Origin: Chrysomallon squamiferum
Taxonomy: Eukaryota > Animalia > Mollusca
Length of the DNA: 64,000 nucleotides
NCBI GenBank assembly: GCA_012295275.1
Contig: CM022674.1
Location: 4,154,001 to 4,218,000 of the forward strand
Direction: 5' to 3'
Shown: piece after piece, positions 13,025 through 28,985 of the stretch
Position numbering within the stretch: position 1 is the first letter of the stretch
Layout of the letters: each line of letters starts with the position of its first letter
The notes under the pieces: model-generated
Told to the model about the DNA's origin: nothing
The model's input: only the letters and a program-made list of their open reading frames with translations
Database searches by the model: none
Made by a program: the position numbers and the translations under genes

Positions 13025-13979
13025 GTTGCTTGCCTCCCCTTGCTCTGCACCTCCCTAATCTATTACAGCGCCGTGCAGTTCTGGCGAGATTTATCACCAA
13101 CATAACACTTGTCGAGAAATAATTAACTGATAATTAACATTTCGAAATTAATTAACTGACAACATGATAAATTCGAAAAATAATTATCCCTGTCAGGTCA
13201 AAAAAAAAAATACGGTGAAATGGGTCACGGTCACGATTATACTCACCAAAATAATTAATTTGTAACAGCACGCATTATTATTATTATTATTATTTTTTTT
13301 TAAAAACAATTATACTATCAAAGGCGTATCTAAATTAGGGGGAAAAACCAAATATATTATTATATTATATTTCAGTACAAAGAAACAGACACATTTACAT
13401 ACACGCACTCACGCAATATCAAGCACACCAAACGGAGGGGGAAAACCCCCAACAAAACCAACAACAACAACAAGAGCACAATAATAAGAAAAAGTAAAAA
13501 TAAAATCCTCAGTGGGCAGAAATAGGGTGTGTCTGCTAAATCACGCCCCACCTAGAACAGCTCCAGTTAATAGTTTAATTTTTATTATTTTGTTTCTCTA
13601 AAGAAGAGATAACTCTGTTTCGCTGCGGTTATTTTTCCCCTTTGTTTAGAAAGTCGGAGTCAAAAGTTTAACAGTCATTGTTGTGGTTGTTGGTGTTAAG
13701 GAAACTGATATAAGTGACAGGCAATGAAGGTATGATGAAACGTGGTCTGCTAGAGTCGACCTGACATTTAAAAAAAAAAAAAAAAAAAAAAGAAAAAGAA
13801 AAAAGAAAGGTCAGAAAGACCTAGAGGTTTAATGTAGTCGCCGTTACTGTTTTAATTATTATTATTATTTTTTTTAAACTGATCCTCAAAGAAGAAAACT
13901 GAAGAAAATTAAAACGATTTAATAATGCATGTTTTATGACCACTGTAAGATCAACGAAAAGCAGGTCCCACACCAAAAT

Positions 13980-14172
13980 TATTATTACTACAATTAATTC
14001 TACTACTACTACAACTACAACTACAACAACTACTACTACTACTACCACCACCACCACCACCACTACTACTACTACTACCACTACCACCACCACTAAAACT
14101 ACTACAACTACTACTACTACTACTACTACAACTACTACTACTGCTACTACTACTACCACCACTACTACTACT

Positions 14173-14211
<39 letters not shown>

Positions 14212-14478
14212 GCTGCTGCTGCTACTACTGTAAATGATATTACTACTATTAATGCAATCAGTATCACCACCACCATCACCTTCACTACTTCAACCGCCAA
14301 CAACGTCGGCATCATCACTTTTACTACTACCACAATTACTACAAACAACACCACGTCATTACTACTGATAATAACGTTACTACTACTATTACCATTATTA
14401 CTATTACTGCTACTACTATTACTCCGTCTCCTCTTTCTTACACTACTACCACTACTACTATTACCAATAATAAAAATA

Positions 14479-14525
<47 letters not shown>

Positions 14526-14771
14526 ACTAACTACTAATAAAATAAGAAGACGAAGAAGAAGAAGCAGAAGAAGAAAATGATGATGATGATGAACTACAAC
14601 AACAACGTCGAAAACCATTACTACAATTGCTTACTCTTATCATTTCTATCACTGTTACTACAACAGACGCCACCAACATTCCTGCTATAACTACCACCAC
14701 CACCACCACCACCACTACAACTACCAGCTACTTTTACTATCAAATTTCTGTTACTCCTCGATTTCTCATAT

Positions 14772-14809
<38 letters not shown>

Positions 14810-14900
14810 ATAATAATAATAATAATAAGAAGAAGAAGAAGAAGAAGAAGAAGAACAACAAGAAGAAGAAACTGAAGAAGACGAGCAACAACAACAAATT
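13980..14900. repeat. Long compound trinucleotide microsatellite field (ACT/ACC/AAT/AAG)
   Basis: Direct reading; source of the poly-T and poly-V ORFs. Confidence 0.9.
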
Positions 14901-15190
14901 ACAAAAACAACAACAGCAGCAGTAACCACAACAAGAAAAATCACTTTACTGTAAAACGGTCGTAACAATACAGTGCTAAGCGCCAGTCCCATAGAGATAA
15001 TCTTTGGTCATGGCAGAGTTTTAGAAGAGATTCCTGGCATTTCAGAGAACAGAAATAGCTTCGTGAATCAATAAAATAAAAATAACAGTCACAGCTTAAT
15101 GTCATTTGGTAGAGACGTTTCTCCACTGTTTGCTTTACAAAGTCAATTGGCTATCACGTTAAAAAATGAGCAACAGAGGGAGCGTTTGTT

Positions 15191-15292
<102 letters not shown>

Positions 15293-15413
15293 AACAACAA
15301 CGATACTACTCCTACTATTACTACTACTACTACTAATAATAATAATAATAAGATGATGAAATTATAAAAGAAAGACACCATCAGTATTTCATTAATTCAA
15401 AACCAAACTAAGA

Positions 15414-15496
<83 letters not shown>

Positions 15497-15891
15497 ATGT
15501 GATAATTTATCGTAATCCCCTCAATAACCAAAGGTATATAATTTAATCCTCGAATATTCCTGTGTTAATGTCTTTTAGCTCTATTATGCAACTCTCTTTG
15601 TTTCAAAGCAATGCGAACTGCCGCGACTATCGTAAATCTTATTACGTCATAACATAGCTTTCGTGACAGCTCGTGACCTATCGTCTTTATGACACGTAAT
15701 TAATATGTAAATTGTAATCTAGATCTGACATATGCCCAAACAACAGGAAATTGTTACACTGTTATACAATGGATCACAGGATCCAAAGACCACCAGTACG
15801 ATTTCTTTTGTTTTTTGTACATTTTTTTTTTTGGTGGGTTTATCTCTATATGTATCTCTAATATTTACACGCGAATTCTCCCTCACATTCA

Positions 15892-16080
<189 letters not shown>

Positions 16081-16488
16081 ATTGTTATTATTATTAACTA
16101 AATCCCTGAACATTATCTGGTACGGGCTATTTGTTCTGAAATGTCGTATATGATTTATCAAAACACTGGGAAAATCACGAGACATATTTTCACAGCATCG
16201 TTTCACTCTGACTGACGTTGGCAGCAACATCCGGGAAGCAGTTACAGCAAAGCAAAGCAAAATGCTTCCAGAAAAACAGCAAATTATTCAACAAAAGTTC
16301 ACCATCGTATCCAATACAACTTACCAACTATCCCAGGATGCAAGATGGCATTTAATATATATATGTGTGTGTGTGTGTATGTATATATATGTATGTATAT
16401 ATATGTATATATCACATTAATACTAATAAAACTATGTTCATAATACAATTTATTCTTTATTTTATGATATGTGCCCATGTGTACATTT

Positions 16489-16541
<53 letters not shown>

Positions 16542-16734
16542 AGAAATAATAAGTAATAATGTGGATAAACAAATATATGGATGAATGACTGACTGAATGA
16601 ATATATAAATAAATTAAAAAAGGCTGTTTTTGCGTAACACTATGCACCGGATAACATTACCATAATCATCGCTGTTACACTTTTTCTATTTATTTATTTA
16701 CCAATTTTTGTTCTTTTATTATTACTTTATTTTT

Positions 16735-16766
<32 letters not shown>

Positions 16767-16909
16767 GCCTTTCATCATTCATTTTCTTTTTTCTTATATA
16801 ATTAATTTTTAATTATATGTTAACAATTATTTATATATTTATATACTTATTTATGTATTTTTAATTACATAAATAAATGAATAATCGAACAAATAAACAT
16901 AAATAAATA

Positions 16910-16940
<31 letters not shown>

Positions 16941-17456
16941 AATATAACGAAAAAACAAAACCAAAAACAAACGACCAATAAATAACAGTGATAAATAAAA
17001 TAGCAAAAAAAAAAAAAAAAAAAAAAAAATAATAATAATAATAATTAAAAAAATCAACAAATAAATAAGAATAAACACAAAAAATAAAATAAACTTAATC
17101 TTTTTCCCACGTTCCCAAACACTCACAAAGAAAATTAATACGACAGATAAAAATAAACCACAAACAAAAAATAAGCTCACCTCTGCGTGCATTGTCAGCA
17201 AGAAAAGAATTCTCAAATAACGCGTAACTATCAGGTTTGCGAGACCCATATAATGACTTCAGAATGTCGCCAGTGGACTGCATTTTCTATCACGGACTAG
17301 TTTTTCTCAGTTTCGCAAACTGAACTAGGCCCTCTCGAAATGACGTAATAATGTCTGTATATCCGTCGCGCCATTGTTTTAGAACAAGAAACATGGCCAC
17401 CACATGTCTGTATTTACGATTCTCGTCGTAAACAGGGGAGAAAGTTTGCTTGCGAA

Positions 17457-17484
17457 ATGAACTGCGTTTGCTGTTTAGGAACAG
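17457..17484 (+). CDS. Uncharacterised ~153-aa protein, coding exon 1 (MNCVCCLGT), within exon 17383-17484
   Basis: Acceptor ttgttttag 17381-17382; gaaATG at 17457; donor CAG|GTATGT at 17485, phase 1, compatible with exon 28139. Confidence 0.5.
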
Positions 17485-18354
17485 GTATGTAGGTAAGTAG
17501 TTGCGTTACAGGTTTATGGTGTAAGAAGGTAATGCTTGTTGAAATCAGTGTTTTTTTTTGTTTTTTTTTAAATTGATGATAAAGCAGAAAATTATACTAT
17601 TATTATTGTTGTTGTTGTTGTTGTTGTTGTAGTTGTACTATCAGTACTAATACTGTTCTATGTAATGCATGACGCAATGAAAAAAAGAAGAAACCCTCAA
17701 GTCTGTACATGCATCTGTTATTTTTGATATACTTTATTATTAGCAAACGTTGAGGTACCATGTAATAAAATAAAATAATAATCATAAAGCACTGTATTAA
17801 ATTAAAATATTCTGCTACTGTTTTTTTTTATTATTATCTTTTTCTCTCGTTTTTCTTACATTCTTTCTTCTCTCTCCCTCTTTGTAATACAAGAACTAAT
17901 GCAAATCTTTATCGTGTTTGCGACAAGTTTCTTTCGACGGAATGCTAAAGAAATAAGTAAATATTAATTACGTGTACGTCAGTCGTCATAAAAACATCGT
18001 ATGACGTAAGTGACAAAGTCTATAATACAGAATGTTCCTGTAATAGACATTTTACTCTTAAAATTATGTAGTCATTTATTATTGTTTCTGTAGCAAGCAA
18101 TAGTAATAGTAGTAGTGGTAGTAGTAGTAGTAGTAGTAATAGTAGTAGTAGTAGTGATGGTAATAGTAGTAGTTAATAGTAGCAGCAGCAGCAGCAGTAG
18201 CAGTAATAGAAGTTGTAGTAGTAGCAGTTGCTGTTGTTGCTGCTGTTGTTGTTGTAAGAATAGCAATGGTATGATGCATTATAATCTACTTATATGCTCT
18301 ATTTTACGAGAAAATACTATATTGTCAAAAAGCTATACATTCATATATATATAT

Positions 18355-18451
<97 letters not shown>

Positions 18452-19015
18452 TAGAGAGAGAGAGAGAGAGAAAGAGAGATAGAGAGAGAGATCAAAATGT
18501 ACTAGATTGTATTGTTAAACGTGACTACCTGTAACACATAACATACGAAAAGACCTTACCGCGTTACAATCACAAATCACTATCGGGGTACACCTCACCG
18601 TACGACGACATACCAAACTACCGGATCACGTGACGTATCTGATTACCGGACGTTCCGGTCATCGCCGGACAACTAACTGGCTATCCTACCTGATACTGGA
18701 CCACTGGACCTTTCGTCATCTTCCACTATGGGGAGGGACAAAGCAGTTCAGTTACGTACTTCTTCTCTCTTACGTACAACACATAAGACAAGTAGGCTAG
18801 ATCACGCGATTAACGGCGTGCATAACTAACTGTAAGGTCAAGACATGAGCGATAAAAAGAGAACAACACGCGTTGCATTAACAATGCAGAAGATAAGAGA
18901 GCTGGGTCATAGATACAAAAAAAAAAAAAAAAAAAAAAAAAAATTAAAAAAACAACAACAAACAAAATAAACCCCAATAACAATCTTAAAAAAAAAAAAA
19001 AAAAATTAAAACAAA

Positions 19016-19058
<43 letters not shown>

Positions 19059-19159
19059 TTAGTCAGCCCAGCAATCTTATGAAAATGTATTGGATAAACT
19101 CATGGTTGTGATGATAAAGGCCAGATTATAAAAAACCACAAAGATAACACAAAGGTAAA

Positions 19160-19227
19160 CCGAGAGCAGATGGTTTAACAGTAATTGTCTTCTAACGCAG
19201 AAACGCGATTCAAGTCTGGATATGTCA
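19160..19227 (+). mobile_element. Possible highly decayed tRNA-like SINE head
   Basis: agatggtttaac (A-box-like) ... gattcaagtc (B-box-like) at tRNA-like spacing; no intact cloverleaf. Confidence 0.2.
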
Positions 19228-19912
19228 GTTAGCTGACAGTGTTACGGGTCTTGGGGTTTTGCACGCTTTTGACATGTGTATGCATGTATGTATGTGTGTG
19301 TGTGTGTAGTTATACGAGTCCGTCTGTATTTGATGTGTGTGTGTGTGCGAACGTGTACTTTTCATGCTGTTGAGAGGGTGAGCATGGATTATGACGTCAT
19401 ATATACATATTGTGTTTGTCATGGATTCGAAACTCTTTGTCTGTTCATTGTTTCAGCTGTATATCAAATCATCATCATCATTATCATCATCATCTTGTTT
19501 TTGTTCTTCTTGTTTCTCTTGTTGTTCGTCTTCTTCTTCTTCTTCTTCTTATTATTATTATTACAAATATATAGAAAATAAGCAACAAGAATCGTCACTG
19601 ATTTATGACGTCATAAACGTTACTACCGAAATGACTTAGGAACGTTATTTTCCAGATAAATGCATTAAAATATATTTATGTACTTCTCCATTTTCATCAT
19701 TATCATCATCACCAACATCATCATCATCATCATCTTCTTCTTCTTCTTTTCTTCTTTTTTATTATAGCTGTTGTCACTGTTGTTGTTGTTGTTGTTGTTA
19801 TACTATTTAGTAGCTATTAGTGACGTTATAATGCTATGACGATATATTACGTCATTAACGATACGAACAAGGTAACTTTGTCCCTGTATCCTTCTGTCCC
19901 TGATTGTCTGAT

Positions 19913-20003
<91 letters not shown>

Positions 20004-20380
20004 CTTTCTATTTCCCTCTTTGTATCTGTCTGTATGTCACACTGTCGCTCTCTCTCTCTCTCCATCATTCAAATACGAACATAACAAATATATTAATAAG
20101 TTATCTATTGTGCTTATCAAAAGGATAGAAAGTACACAAAATAAGCAAACATATAAAATATCAAAACATCAGCAAGGCTGGAAAAATGTTCAGTAGGAGG
20201 CGAGACACTGTTGAATAATTTCATTTAACTTTTTTTTTTTTTTGTCCTTGAGGGAAAAAACAATATCTATCAATCAAAGTAATATATAGTCGTTGCTTTG
20301 TTCATATAATCAATCATATCCACTGTTCTGTGCAACATCTGATCTGATATATTGAATATTCATAAACAAACAAACACAAG

Positions 20381-20531
<151 letters not shown>

Positions 20532-21104
20532 CAAAATAATAATAATAATAAAAATAATTGTAATAAAATAAAAACTAAATAATACAAAAATTGTAATAAA
20601 CAGAAAAACAAATAATAATGACAAAAAAAAAAAAAAAAAAAAAAAAAATAAAAATAAAAAAATAAAATAAATAAACGAAGAAACGAAAACCAAAACAACT
20701 ATAAATAACAAAAAGAGTTTATCTGTTAAATACTTGCAGCTGTGTGTACGTACGTTTTGAATACAAAGTTCGTCTTACGTAACATTACATCAGAGACAGC
20801 TAATTTAAGGACGGTATTGATTAAAACCCTGTGACAGGATTTAGACAGACTCTTGAAAGAACAAAACAGCACAGGTATGTGCTTTAGGTAAAGATTAAAC
20901 TCAACGAAAAAAGATTGTGAGAATTATGAATGCCCCCCCCCCGTACAAATATCTATGTAAGTTACGTCATATGTTTGTTGTGGAGTTAAATGACGTAATG
21001 TTACTCGGATCTGTGTATTTATGGTTAGTCATACGATTTATTTCGATGGCGATAGTTTCGAAAGAAAAGAAAACAATGCGACCCAAATATTAGTTAACTT
21101 GTCC

Positions 21105-21179
<75 letters not shown>

Positions 21180-21968
21180 CATAAGAAGAAGAAGAAGAAG
21201 AAGAAGAAAAAAAAAGAAAAGAAAATGTGTAACTATGTTTATTTTTGTATGTTTTTAGTCACGTATGAAAATTATACATAGTATTATTTACGACATTACA
21301 ACGTGTTTTGTTCATCCTACAGAAAATGACGCATACTCTGACAGACATATTAATAACAGGCAGACACAACAGGCAAACTCATACACATGTAGAAAGTTAT
21401 ATATAAGAGAGGAAGAGGACAGAGAAAGAAAGACATACATACAGACACAGAGAGAGAGAAAAAATACAGAGACAGAGACAGAGAGAGAGGGGAGAGAGAA
21501 AGAGATAGAGAAAGAGTCAGAAAGAGAGATAGAGAAAGAGGCAGAGAGATAATGAGAGAGAGAAAGAGAGATCACAGAGTGCCTGAGAGAGAAATAAAAC
21601 GCATTAGAGGATACGCACACGTGCGCACGCACTCGCACGCCCAAGGTACAAACATAAATGGCAAAACAAAGATAAAACGAAAGCTTTAGGCTCTCTATCT
21701 GAGACGTATCTTAACACAGAACATTACAGATATCAAACATGCACACTTGACTTAGTATCAAAATGTGACTCAACACTCAAGTTTCACATCTTAAACTAAT
21801 TTATAACACAAACACTGTGTACTTAGTTATCTTCTGACAGCACGAGTGCATACAGTTACATAATTATAAACAGGGCGGACCAACCAGTTTTTCAGGAGGG
21901 GAGAGCTCTGGTTCGATTTGGAAAAGCTGACGTGCTGTGTGTCGTAATAAAATGAAGAATATACGTAT

Positions 21969-22044
<76 letters not shown>

Positions 22045-22853
22045 TGAGAGATACGACATACAAAGTGAGAGTGAGAAAGAGAGAGAGAGGGAGAGATAAC
22101 AACTTACAGGGAACAGAGGAAACTGTACACAAATTTGAGAAAGAAACAGAGAACCACAAACAGACAGAGATCGAGAGACAGACACAAAGAAAGAGAATTG
22201 AAAAGACAAAAAAAGACCCGGAATAAGAGAGACAGACAAAAAAAATAAAAAAATAAAAAAATGAAATAAAATAAAAATATTAAAATTGAAAGAAAATAAA
22301 TAAATAAATAAAATAATAAATTAAGGGACTGAGTAAAAACAGACAGAGAAAAAAAAAAGAGGAAAAAAAGGCGATTCTGAAAGAATAAGACAGAGAATGA
22401 GATAGAGAAATATACAGAGAAATGGAAAACAGAAATTAACAAGTAAAATCGTGTATATAATAAAACAAAAAGGCGAATGTTTTGACCATTTCAGTTCACC
22501 TTTGACCCGCCCCTTACTGTTATGTAGTCATTCTGTTAACTGATCAAATGTCGTACATAATCCATGATAATCCATTCTCGGTGGATAATTAAGATTAAAT
22601 CTAGTAGCTTTAAGCGCTTGAATGACAGTCAAAACCATGGAACAATCTGCTGTAGGATTTAGCGACAGTTCGCGTAAAAGTTAATTAAATAGTAATGTTA
22701 TATAACTGTGATTAATCATCCACAAAGAGATATAATCGTATAATGATAACATGTGAATAATAATAATACTAATAATAATAGTAGTAGTAGTAGTAGTAGT
22801 AGTAGTACTAGTAGTAATAATATCAGTGGTAGTAGTAGCAGTAATAGTAATAA

Positions 22854-22887
<34 letters not shown>

Positions 22888-23034
22888 TGCAGTAGCAGTA
22901 GTAGCAGTTGTAGTAGTAGTAGTAATAATAATAATAATTTATTAATACAATTTCGCCAATAACGTTTTTCCAGTAAAATATCTGTTATCAATTTTTTGTC
23001 AAGTACTATATTACTGAAATAATTTAATAAGAAT

Positions 23035-23127
<93 letters not shown>

Positions 23128-23461
23128 TTTAACTTTTACGTCGTTACTTGACAGTATAACGATAATAATTCAATAATAATAATAAATTTACTATAGAAAC
23201 TAATGCAAAAACATAGTAAAAAAATATAAATACATTCAGAAATTTACAAGGTTTATCAAAATTTTCTGCAAGAGAAGTATTAATTCGTTGTTGAATAATA
23301 ATTGCTATTCAACAGTAAATTCTGTTATAGAAGCTAATACGAAATTTCATATCAGACAGGAAGGTCTTTCTTATCGGTTTATCAAATGTCAGGTAAAAAG
23401 TATATAGGTCACAGAAGATTAATACATATAAAAGATAAGTAAAAAAAACAAAAATAAAATA

Positions 23462-23499
<38 letters not shown>

Positions 23500-23605
23500 A
23501 TATGTGTGTGTGTTTGCGCGCATTTTTACATATATTTGTCTACACATATATAAGTGTGTACGTATGTATGTATGTATGTCCATCCATTCATAATTCCGTG
23601 TGTCT

Positions 23606-23741
<136 letters not shown>

Positions 23742-23818
23742 TGTGTGTGTCTCTCTCTCTGTCTCTCTCTCCGTCTCTAGTTCTCTCTTTATTATTTCTA
23801 TTTCAGTCTACACACACA

Positions 23819-23856
<38 letters not shown>

Positions 23857-25388
23857 CAACACATACAAACATATAATTGTGTGTGAGTGCGCACGCTATC
23901 ATTACATGTAACTATTTTTGTTTGTAAACTCGCTTTATTTGTATTTGTGTACGTGCATTTGAGTTGTTAATGTTTCTGTAGCTTAGTAACACTGGAGTGA
24001 TTTGCACGAATCTGTGCATGTGTGTCTGTGTGTCTGTCTGTACTGTTAATTGTTCTGTTGTTTAGTACGAATCTGTAGCAATGTCATAAATATATACATA
24101 GTAACATTAATATGCAGCGAAATGCAAATATTTACATTATCACATTATCTGCTTTGTAAAAGTACACTGAGTTTACGGAAAATAATATCTGCCAGGTTAA
24201 TCTCTCAGTTTTGAAAAAAAAAAAAAAAATAAAAAAACGATTATAAAAAAGTAAAAAAGATATAATATGAAACGAAAGGAAGAGAGAAAGCAAACACGAT
24301 AAGAAAAAGAAATCAAACAATGAAACAAAGAAAAACGTAAATAAAAAGTAGAGTGGTAGATGTCGCTTTTCATGCAAAAGAAGGGAGATAATTATGGTAA
24401 ATATAGGCTACCGCACATTTACTTTTTTTGACAAACATGTCTGGCTTTATTTTTGCAGCTTTCCGTCTATTCAGCATAAATTTACTTTGTAGCATTCAGT
24501 TTATTTTCAGATTATATTACCTTAATTATAATTATTTATATATATCTTAACAGAATCATTAAATTTAACTTATTTTTTTCTCACTTACAATATTTATTTA
24601 TTCATCAATTAATTAGCATATTTAAATTAATGTGCTTACGAATTTATCCATTTATTTATTAATTGTAAATGTGATTATGTAATAAATAGGAAGAATACGT
24701 AAGCAACGGGCAGTATTGCCCTATCTGTGTGTGTGGAGTACGCATGCGCACGCACACGCACGTACGCACGCATGTATGTATGTATGTATATACGTAAGTG
24801 CTTGTATTATATAGATCTTTAAAAACGTAAAAAATTTGTTTTTTGAAGTAAACAATTTAAAGATTTTACTTCCCATGACAACTGGTACACGGTAAAAAAA
24901 AAAGGAGTAAAATATTTTTAAATTACAAGTTTTTATCACCTCAAATGTTAATAACAACAACAATAAATAAGTCATGTCCCAAAAAAAAAACAAAAAAAAA
25001 AACAAAAAAATAACAAAAAAACAAACAAACAAACAACAAAAACAAAACAAAACAAAACAAAAATAAAATAAATTATGGTTATAATGTAAAATATAGTTGT
25101 GAAATTAAATAAAAATAAAAATATGATTTATTTTTAGCACACTTACATACCATACCCACGAAATGACGTCACGCCGTACAATATGTACTCGCGTACTGAC
25201 TGACGTAGTAATAATGTTTGGCACGTGCTAGCTAAGAAATGTTTACTTTTTTTTTTTTTTTAGGAATGTCTGTATGGCACAGTTATGTCTGATATTTTCG
25301 TCTGAACGTACAATTCTAGATATGTACAGAAACACACTGTTTTTACTTTTTATTTTTTTTTAATGTCTGAAAGATGGATGCAGAGTTT

Positions 25389-25660
<272 letters not shown>

Positions 25661-26344
25661 CAGACAGATAGACAGACATATCTACTAAAACTACCTCTTC
25701 ACTTAATACAGCGAAGAACTAGGGCTTGTTTTTAATGTTTTAAAATTACGAAACTTCAGTCTCTCGTAGCCTCGCCCTTGTTGCCCGCGAAACTTTGAAA
25801 ACCAAAAGTCATTATTTCTAAAAGCGAACGCACTGGATAAGTGTTCCCGTTTCGAATGCAGGTTAAATTTTATTTCGTTTTTTTTTTTTTTTTTTTTTAA
25901 TTGCATACAAATGTCACGTTGACCTATGAAGCATTTGAAAGCGAAGTGAATGTATAAAACTGACTTTTACCTGACCGCGCAAAGTAAATGTTGACATGAT
26001 CGAATGCATTTGACTCTGGTGAACCTTATTTCCGGAGCTTTTTTTTAAAAAAAAAAAAAGAAAAAAAGAAACCGGTTTGCCGAGGCCGATTTTGATTTGA
26101 TATAAAATAAAAACTGTTTATAAAATGAAGACGGAAATGAGGCAAAAAAAAAAAAAAAAACTAAACATTTTGTGATTAATTCAAGGTCTAGACAACTGGT
26201 AATACATGAAGTCACAGTTTTATTTCTTTTTCGTTAACGTGAAACCCGAGGCAATGTATATTTTTTATGTAAAGTTTTAAGAGCAAATTTTCATTTCATG
26301 CCAACTATTCCTAATAATAATAATACCTTAATGGTCGCTATGTC

Positions 26345-26435
<91 letters not shown>

Positions 26436-27275
26436 ATGACGTGCTGATATCAACAACAACAACGATGATGATGATAAGAATGTTACTGATGATGATGACG
26501 ATCACGATGACTATAATGTTCATGCAGTCGTTGTTGTAGTTGTTGTTACTATTATTATTATCATTACTACTTCTACTATAGTATACTACTACTACTTCTA
26601 TTACTACTGCTATCGATTACTTCTACTTCTACTACTGCTACTTACTACTACTTCTATCGCTACTGCTACTTCTATTACTTCTACTTCTACTACTACTACT
26701 TCCTCTACTACGACGTCTACTGTTGTTGCTGTTGTTGTTACGAGTTGTCGTGGTAGCAGTATTACTGATTAGGCTGTTTTTTTTTTTTTGCTACATCCCC
26801 CATCTTCTCTCTTACACTGGTAACCACTAAAGAATCAAACAACAGCTACCAATGTTTGTTGTAACTGGAGTGACCTACGTCGTTAATGGATCAATCTTGC
26901 ACCTCTTGCTACTGATAAAACTCATTATGCTAGACACGCAATGAACTGCAGTCAGTTTTCTGTCGCTGTCGTTTTTTTCTTGTTTCTGAAACGACTTAAA
27001 AATAGCGTGACAGTTTGTTTCCTTTCAAGCAATTGTTGCTTACTAAAGCGTGCATACAGCATTAATAAATAATGAAAATCATTTCAAGTGATGTATAATT
27101 TGCTGTTCAAAAATGTATTTGTAATATATATATGTGTATATATATATATATATATATAACCTCAATTTTTTTTTTTTTTTTTAACTGCTGAATTTTCTGA
27201 AAAAGGTTTTAATATTATTATTCACTGAAGAAGTTATAATAGTTGGTTCTGGCAGTATTATTAATATTAATCGCG

Positions 27276-27328
<53 letters not shown>

Positions 27329-27430
27329 TGTGTGTGTTTGTGTATGTGTGTTTACTACGTTTACAACAAAAAAGAAGAAAAGAAAAAAACAAGAAAAAAC
27401 CCCACAACAAGAACAAAATAATAATAATAA

Positions 27431-27471
<41 letters not shown>

Positions 27472-28138
27472 TAACAATAATAAAATAAAATAAAATAAGT
27501 GAGTCTTATGTGAGTTTTATCTTCAGATTTAAAAAAATATATATTCATTTTTTAGCTGCATGGTCTGTCTGTCTGTCTGTCTCTCTGTCTCTATCTCTCT
27601 TTATCTATCCATCCATCCATCCATCCATCCATCCGTCTATCCCCGCCTCGACTTGTACGTGTGTCTGTCTGTGTATCTTTCTACCTACCTACCTACCAGA
27701 TTATCTGTCTACATTTTCATAAACGTACCTGCCTAACTATTTAGCTATCTTTTTATCTACACTATATATCTATCGTTTTTTGGCGTTTTTCCCATTATTC
27801 TTTCATATTTCATCATCTTTTTTTTTTAATCTTCTTCTAAAGTAGACTTTCGCATAATCTCTCTCGTATATTTATCTATTCCGTACTTGAAGATACCTTC
27901 ACAGCAGTAATTTTATTTTTAGCCGTACATAATTATTAGTCAAACGATAATGGCCGAACTGTGCGTGAAACGAACGTAACCGAACCACGTGACTCTTAAA
28001 GCATTTCCACAAATAGTTAATATTTAATTAATTAATATAAGATAAAATGTTTTTTTTTGTTTTTTTTTAATGCAATACAGTCGTGTGCATTTAGATTAAT
28101 CAATAACATTTTATGTGATTCTTGTACATCGTTTTCAG

Positions 28139-28250
28139 ATGCTACAGCTCGGAAAATAATGAACACAATGAAGAATGAAGTAAATAAGTCAGTGCAGTTA
28201 GACCATTTGCCGTCGAAGAGAAGTTTTTCCATGAGTGCGGGATTTGGAGG
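28139..28250 (+). CDS. Uncharacterised protein, coding exon 2
   Basis: gttttcag acceptor; (D)ATARKIMNTMKNEVNKSVQLDHLPSKRSFSMSAGFG(G); phase 1/2; donor GG|GTTGGG at 28251, or in-frame GTGAGT at 28266. Confidence 0.65.
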
Positions 28251-28280
28251 GTTGGGTGTGTGTGTGTGAGTCTGGGTGTG

Positions 28281-28372
28281 TATGTATGTATGTATGTATG
28301 TATGTATATGTGTATGTATGTATGTTTGTATGTATGTATGTATGTATGTATGTATGTATGTATGTATGTATG

Positions 28373-28406
<34 letters not shown>

Positions 28407-28468
28407 TGTATGTATGTATGTATGTATGTATGTATGTTTGTATGTATATATGTATGTATGTATGTATG
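28281..28468. repeat. (TATG)n tetranucleotide microsatellite just downstream of exon 28139
   Basis: Direct reading. Confidence 0.95.
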
Positions 28469-28947
28469 TGTGTGTGTTTGTCTGTGTGTGTGAGCATGAA
28501 TATATGTATGCATGCATAAAAGATTTCTTTAAATGATAGCCTTTTTTCAGTCTATATTTTTTTCTGTCTAAAATATATTAAAATTGATTCAGTGAATATG
28601 TGTGTATTTGTGGATGAATGAATATATGTATGTGTGTGTGTATGTATGTGTGTGTGTGTATGTATGTGTGTGTGTGTATGTGTATAAACGAGTATGTATA
28701 TATGTATATATTTGTGCATGCATTTATGTTTGTATGTATAAAAGTCTTGTGTGTCTGTGTATATACAAAACAAATAGAAAAAAAGCATTTATTCAAATAA
28801 TTATAGGCATACAAAATAAATATTATATGTATTATTTGTATATGTAATATAACTGTTTTATAGTTAGGTGTCTTTTTACAGTCATAACAGATTAAAAAAC
28901 GTATAAAACCAAAATATACGACAGACAGATTTGCGATCAATTTACTG

Positions 28948-28985
<38 letters not shown>

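Noticed and set aside
13821-14618. Poly-Val and poly-Thr mucin-like ORFs
   Set aside because: Pure trinucleotide repeat; no splice or start context.
20838-20874. Possible exon DLDRLLKEQNST with GTATGT donor
   Set aside because: Acceptor lacks a pyrimidine tract, and its phase 0 entry does not fit the phase 1 upstream donor.
28213-28250. KR-SFSMSAGFG-G as a neuropeptide
   Set aside because: No signal peptide in the reconstructed protein and no repeated peptides or clear C-terminal dibasic site.
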